From contig JAIRQE010000003.1 in NCBI GenBank assembly GCA_031256725.1, positions 1 to 32,000 on the forward strand: a DNA stretch of 32,000 nt, given 5' to 3'. The notes beneath the pieces were generated by a model. It ran no database searches and was not told where the DNA came from. It saw only the letters and a list, made by a program, of their open reading frames with translations. The position numbers and the translations under genes were made by a program. This DNA comes from Propionibacteriaceae bacterium (GTDB lineage Bacteria > Actinomycetota > Actinomycetes > Propionibacteriales > Propionibacteriaceae). Of this stretch, positions 27,819 through 32,000 are shown piece after piece; positions within the stretch are counted from its first letter, which is position 1, and each line of letters starts with the position of its first letter.

Positions 27819-28205
27819 TTAATTAATCAATCCGGCAGCATAACCTCAAGAACAGTTTTCGTCAACAGTTTCAACAACCCATCAGGACCAGTCAGTGACA
27901 CTCCTGACGCACCAGTTCCACAATCGTGGCCTGATCCGTAGACGTCAACTCACAAGGATTCCCCGATGGTGATTCCACTATCGGGGTTGAAAAACCATAC
28001 TCGGGTTTAACTTCAATATCAGTAGGTGGTTCCATAACCACAAATGTTGCAGTCGTCACGACTCCTCTCGCCCAACAAGGCAGTAGAGCCACTTACACCG
28101 TTTAGCCGATAGACCCCCTATTCTTCGCGGGCAAAAACATGTGAGTTACGGGCACCCACATTATCTGAGTATCGTCGGCTTCCCGCCAATAGTGTTTTCA
28201 TCGGC

Positions 28206-28211
28206 TAGAAT
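28206..28211 (+). promoter_or_regulatory. Candidate -10 hexamer TAGAAT for the 42-codon ORF (leaderless geometry)
   Basis: TAGAAT-gggttc-ATG(28218): 6 nt between the hexamer and the start codon, with no SD. Confidence 0.45.
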
Positions 28212-28217
28212 GGGTTC

Positions 28218-28346
28218 ATGAAGAAATCTGCACTGATCACTCTCGTGCTGCTCGTTGGTCTTGTTGTTGCTTATGTGTTGCGTGCTAAGAAGGCGGCTGA
28301 GGCTGAAGCGGAATTGTGGTCCGAGGCATTGGACCCCGTTTTCTAA
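28218..28346 (+). CDS. Small single-pass membrane protein, 42 aa (possibly the actinobacterial DLW-39-type family)
   Basis: MKKSALITLVLLVGLVVAYVLRAKKAAEAEAELWSEALDPVF has an N-terminal KK, an 18-residue hydrophobic helix, then a charged tail with an (D/E)LW motif. It is below the ORF-track size cutoff and was translated by hand. TAA at 28344-28346. Confidence 0.5.
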   Translation: MKKSALITLVLLVGLVVAYVLRAKKAAEAEAELWSEALDPVF

Positions 28347-28404
28347 AACTACTGCGGCTCTCCCACGTACCTCCCTTTGACGGGACTGACAAGGAATCAT
28401 CGTT

Positions 28405-30003
28405 GTGCTTTCGGTAAAGGATGTTGAGGTGCGCGTTGGCGCGCAATTACTTATTGAGCCAACCACTTTTTCGGTTTCCCCTGGAGACAAGATTGGTCTC
28501 GTTGGGCGCAATGGTGCTGGGAAAACTACCCTTATGAGGATCCTTGCTGGGGAGGGTCAACCAGCAGCAGGAACAGTATCCCGCAAGGGAGTCATTGGGT
28601 ACCTTCCCCAGGACCCACGTACAGGTGACCTCCAGATAACAGCCAAATCCCGGATACTCTCAGCCCGGGGCTTGGATCGGATCATGGCGAGGATGGATAC
28701 CCAAAGTCAAAAGATGGCTGAATCGGTGGGGGAGGAACGCAAGAAAGCCATGGCAGCCTATGCCCGAGCCGAAACCGAATTTCTGACCCAGGGAGGGTAC
28801 GCCTCATCCGCGGAAGCTAGTCGCATTGCTGCTAATGTGGGGCTCCCCGACAGGGTCATGAACCAAACCCTGGAAACCCTTTCCGGTGGTCAACGTCGTC
28901 GGGTTGAACTGGCTCGAATTCTCTTCCTGGGGGCGGACACCCTCCTTCTTGATGAGCCCACGAACCACCTTGATGCAGACTCGATCACCTGGCTTCGTGG
29001 CTATCTTCAGACTTTCGCGGGCGGGCTTGTTGTCATCTCCCACGATGTTAGCCTCCTTGGGGACACTATGAACAAGGTCTACCACCTGGATGCAACCAGG
29101 TGTGTTGTGGATCAGTACAACCTCGGCTGGGCAAAGTACCTCGAACAGCGGGAAACTGATGAGCGCAGACGCAAGCGTCAACGTGCCAATGCTGAACGAA
29201 AGGCGGCCTCCCTCAAGGCCCAGGCTGATCATATGAGAGCGAAGGCCTCCAAGGCTGTGGCCGCCCAGAACATGGATAAGAGAGCTGAGAAACTTCTTGA
29301 AGGATTGGAGGCTCAGCGTACAGCCGACAAGGTCGCGAATCTTCGCTTCCCTGATCCGAGTCCTTGCGGGAAAACCCCCTTGTCAGCCGCAGAATTGTGT
29401 AAGAGTTACGGGTCTTTGGAGGTCTTCTTCGGTGTTGATCTGGTCATTGATCGTGGGTCGCGGGTGGTTGTACTTGGGCTCAATGGTGCAGGAAAGACAA
29501 CTCTGTTGCGCCTTTTGGCGCGAGTCGAGGAACCCGATCTGGGTGAGGTGATCGAAGGGCATGGGTTGAAACTTGGGTACTACGCGCAGGAGCATGAGAC
29601 CCTAGACATGTCGCGTACTGTACTCGAAAACATGATGTCTTTTGCCTCTGAGCTCTCGGAGACTGAGGCGCGTAGTGTCCTGGGGTCCTTCCTGTTTGTT
29701 GGTGATGATGTGAACAAGCCTGCACGGGTACTCTCGGGTGGGGAAAAGACCCGGCTTGCGTTGGCGATGCTGGTGGTCTCGCGGGCTAATGTTCTTCTTC
29801 TTGATGAGCCAACAAACAACTTGGATCCGGCCTCGCGGGCAGAAATCCTCCATGCCATCAATACTTATAAGGGGGCTATCGTGTTGGTGACCCATGACGA
29901 GGGTGCGGTTGAGGCCCTAAATCCGGATAGGGTGCTGTTGCTCCCCGACGGCAGCGAGGATCTGTGGAATGCTGACTATATTGAATTGGTGGCACTGGCT
30001 TAA
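28405..30003 (+). CDS. ABC-F family ATPase (soluble, translation-factor type; YbiT-like)
   Basis: 532 aa with two NBDs (GRNGAGKTTL/LSGGQRRR and GLNGAGKTTL/LSGGEKTR) joined by a basic helical linker (ERRRKRQRANAERKAASLKAQADHMRAKA). No TM domain. GTG start has AAGGAA 8 nt upstream. Confidence 0.93.
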   Translation: MLSVKDVEVRVGAQLLIEPTTFSVSPGDKIGLVGRNGAGKTTLMRILAGEGQPAAGTVSRKGVIGYLPQDPRTGDLQITAKSRILSARGLDRIMARMDTQSQKMAESVGEERKKAMAAYARAETEFLTQGGYASSAEASRIAANVGLPDRVMNQTLETLSGGQRRRVELARILFLGADTLLLDEPTNHLDADSITWLRGYLQTFAGGLVVISHDVSLLGDTMNKVYHLDATRCVVDQYNLGWAKYLEQRETDERRRKRQRANAERKAASLKAQADHMRAKASKAVAAQNMDKRAEKLLEGLEAQRTADKVANLRFPDPSPCGKTPLSAAELCKSYGSLEVFFGVDLVIDRGSRVVVLGLNGAGKTTLLRLLARVEEPDLGEVIEGHGLKLGYYAQEHETLDMSRTVLENMMSFASELSETEARSVLGSFLFVGDDVNKPARVLSGGEKTRLALAMLVVSRANVLLLDEPTNNLDPASRAEILHAINTYKGAIVLVTHDEGAVEALNPDRVLLLPDGSEDLWNADYIELVALA

Positions 30004-30012
30004 GGGGTACAG

Positions 30013-30486
30013 GTGAAGAAACTGGCATGTGTTCTTGTTGTACTAGTGATGGGGCTTGTGTCGGGGTGTACCAAACAGACAGAGCAGGATAATACGATTC
30101 CACCCATGCAGCCCGTACGTCAGATCAACGGATCAGTACTGCCTGGCGAGGTTGGCGATTATGCGGTTCTAGGTGATGAACCACAACCCCTCCAAATGAC
30201 CGCCACCTATGCGCGAACCAGTTCAGCATTGGATCTGGCTGTGGTGTCCTTCGACCCGACTGGAGAGTTTCAGAAAACCAGTTTGAGTGATGACAAATGG
30301 TACGGCATGAGTCGGTGTGGAGTGCTGTGGAAGTCTGATGCCAAGGTGACTCCCAAGCCTATGCAATTCGCATGCATCACTGTGTTGGCTGATGGGGTTA
30401 TGACCACAGTGTCTGGAGGAAAACAGTCGGTGGAAGAGATCGCAGAGTTGGCTAATGCTATCCACGATCTCCTGGTTAAAGCCTGA
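30013..30486 (+). CDS. Lipoprotein of unknown function
   Basis: 157 aa. The signal peptide MKKLACVLVVLVMGLVSGC carries the lipobox LVSGC. GTG start lies 10 nt after the ABC-F stop with AAGGGG upstream. I recognise no family. Confidence 0.7.
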   Translation: MKKLACVLVVLVMGLVSGCTKQTEQDNTIPPMQPVRQINGSVLPGEVGDYAVLGDEPQPLQMTATYARTSSALDLAVVSFDPTGEFQKTSLSDDKWYGMSRCGVLWKSDAKVTPKPMQFACITVLADGVMTTVSGGKQSVEEIAELANAIHDLLVKA

Positions 30487-30679
30487 GGATCACTCATGTG
30501 GGGTGGTAGATCGTCACTGCTGCGATCATTGGTCATTACTGCGATCACCAGGAACCCTAGAGGCAAAACCTATTGCAAAAGAACCATCTACTCTCAGGTC
30601 CGCGAAGTTCAAGATCCGAAATACTCTACGGTGAGGTCTCATGGGTGAGTCCCATGTGGAAAGGTCGGGGGTTTCCCGA

Positions 30680-30685
30680 TAAGTT
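30680..30685 (+). promoter_or_regulatory. Candidate -10 hexamer TAAGTT for the solitary ABC ATPase (leaderless geometry)
   Basis: TAAGTT-aggtct-ATG(30692): 6 nt between the hexamer and the start codon, with no SD. Confidence 0.4.
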
Positions 30686-30691
30686 AGGTCT

Positions 30692-31474
30692 ATGAATCCG
30701 GTCATCGAGGTGTCAGCTGTGACGCTGCGGCGTGGCCGCGCCTTTCTTATTGATCATCTTTCCTGGACGGTTGATGAATCTGATCGTTGGGTGATCATCG
30801 GACCCAATGGTGCTGGGAAAACCAGTCTCGTGCAGATTGTGTCCACCCGAATCTTCCCCACCTCAGGGCAGGTGAGGATCCTTGATGAAACTTTGGGGCG
30901 AGTTGATGTCTTCGAGTTGAGACCCCGTATTGGTGTTTCCTCGGCTGCACTTGAAATGCAGATACCGCCTAATGAGAAGGTCATCGATGTTGTGATGTCT
31001 GCGTCCTACGCGGTCTTTGGTCGCTGGCATGAAGACTACACAAACATCGACTTCATGAGAGCCGAGTCCCTGATGAAACAAATGAAAGTGGATCATCTTG
31101 CTGAGCGTCGGTTTGGAACCCTGTCAGAGGGGGAACGTCAACGCACCCAGATTGCTCGGGCATTGATGACCGACCCTGAACTACTTTTCTTGGATGAACC
31201 CACTGCTGGTCTGGATCTGACTGGTCGGGAACTCCTGCTCGCAACCCTGTCAGAGTTAGCCCTGGATCCGAGTTCGCCAACGACAGTACTGATCACCCAT
31301 CATGTAGAGGAGATCCCTGCTGGGATCACCCACGCTCTCTTCCTGAAACGGGGGAGAATGGTGGCTGCTGGCCCCATTGACATGGTCATGACTAATGAGG
31401 TTTTGACCCGTACCTTTGACATGCCTTTGACTGTGAATCGTATCGACGGGCGTTGGTACTCCCGAGGAATCTAG
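30692..31474 (+). CDS. Solitary ABC transporter ATP-binding protein (YlmA/ModF-like, no adjacent permease)
   Basis: 260 aa with Walker A GPNGAGKTSL, signature LSEGERQR, Walker B LLFLDEPTAGLD and an H-loop THH. No membrane component is encoded next to it. Confidence 0.9.
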   Translation: MNPVIEVSAVTLRRGRAFLIDHLSWTVDESDRWVIIGPNGAGKTSLVQIVSTRIFPTSGQVRILDETLGRVDVFELRPRIGVSSAALEMQIPPNEKVIDVVMSASYAVFGRWHEDYTNIDFMRAESLMKQMKVDHLAERRFGTLSEGERQRTQIARALMTDPELLFLDEPTAGLDLTGRELLLATLSELALDPSSPTTVLITHHVEEIPAGITHALFLKRGRMVAAGPIDMVMTNEVLTRTFDMPLTVNRIDGRWYSRGI

Positions 31475-31477
31475 GTT

Positions 31478-31494
31478 CTGAACTGAGAGTTCAG
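31478..31494. terminator. Short bidirectional stem-loop between the convergent ABC ATPase and def
   Basis: CTGAACT-gag-AGTTCAG is a perfect 7-bp stem within the 29-nt convergent spacer. Confidence 0.45.
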
Positions 31495-31503
31495 CCTTGG
31501 ATT

Positions 31504-32000
31504 CTACTGTGTGGGATCGAATTCCCCTTTGGGTTCAATCGGCCATTCTGTAGGGTACCTATACGCCGTGGCCTCATGATCAGCATAGAGTCTCTTGCGG
31601 GAACGATCTGAGAGGCGATCCCCAAAGACCATCCCCGAAAGGTGATCTGTTTCATGCTGAAGGCAGCGTGCAAACATGCCCGTACCATGAAGTTCGATGG
31701 GGGTACCATTGTGGTCCAATCCACGGCAGATGGCTGTACTAGGGCGCGCCAGTGAACTGAAGGCTCCCGGAAGGGAGAGACAGCCCTCGTCATCTGCGAC
31801 AAGTTGGCGATCTTTGCCTTCAGGCAATTCCAGAACAGGGTTGATCATGACACCAGTATGGAAACGGTCGTCGGCATCAATGCAGTGGTAGATAAAGATC
31901 GAACGGTTGTCGCCGACCTGTGTGGCAGCAAGTCCCACACCCTCAGCCGCCGCCATCGTGGCGAACATATTACGCAGGAAGGTGTGAAGTTCTTCATCGA
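31504..32000 (-). CDS. def: Peptide deformylase, N-terminus beyond the window edge
   Basis: Motifs GVGLAATQVG, EGCLSLPG and QHETDHLSG. The frame stays open upstream of the ORF-track Met to nt 32000 (...DEELHTFLRNMFATMAAAEG). Confidence 0.95.
   Translation of the reverse strand, partial: DEELHTFLRNMFATMAAAEGVGLAATQVGDNRSIFIYHCIDADDRFHTGVMINPVLELPEGKDRQLVADDEGCLSLPGAFSSLARPSTAICRGLDHNGTPIELHGTGMFARCLQHETDHLSGMVFGDRLSDRSRKRLYADHEATAYRYPTEWPIEPKGEFDPTQ

Noticed and set aside
27829-27836. TTAATTAA palindrome just after the sufT stop
   Set aside because: It is a short AT palindrome with no partner structure, too small to be meaningful.
27892-28092. 66-aa minus-strand ORF in the sufT/ABC-F gap as a real gene
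   Set aside because: It has a GTG start without an SD, atypical codon usage (5 of 66 codons end in C) and no recognisable motif. It is kept only as part of the unexplained-gap finding and is not reported as a feature.

Overview
This 32-kb window is gene-dense and almost fully coding. It holds core housekeeping genes in classic actinobacterial (Actinomycetota) synteny, at roughly 50-55% GC by eye. Gene order: rpsA (5' partial), coaE, uvrB, TerC-family membrane protein | DinB-fold gene (-) | uvrA, uvrC, rapZ, yvcK, whiA, gap, pgk, tpiA, secG, rbpA | pgl-like (-), hppA (-) | sufR-sufB-sufD-sufC-sufS-sufU-sufT | 42-codon membrane micro-ORF, ABC-F ATPase, lipoprotein, solitary ABC ATPase | def (-, partial). 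I saw no rRNA, tRNA, CRISPR array, transposase, integrase or phage genes. I do not see a convincing novel multi-gene system; this is an ordinary conserved core region. Items worth a second look: (1) an orphan 6-phosphogluconolactonase homologue in which all three canonical active-site motifs are substituted; (2) a divergent 841-aa membrane pyrophosphatase carrying a lipoprotein-type signal peptide; (3) a repeated TANNNT-N6-start-codon geometry implying leaderless transcripts for uvrA, uvrB, uvrC and others, with a RecA-NDp/PafBC-like motif at uvrB and a LexA-like box next to uvrA; (4) an untracked 42-codon membrane micro-ORF; (5) a few unexplained intergenic stretches and strong stem-loops. 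Several ORF-track starts were moved downstream to starts supported by Shine-Dalgarno (SD) sequences or by homology. All motif comparisons were made by eye and from memory of family consensus sequences and need computational confirmation.
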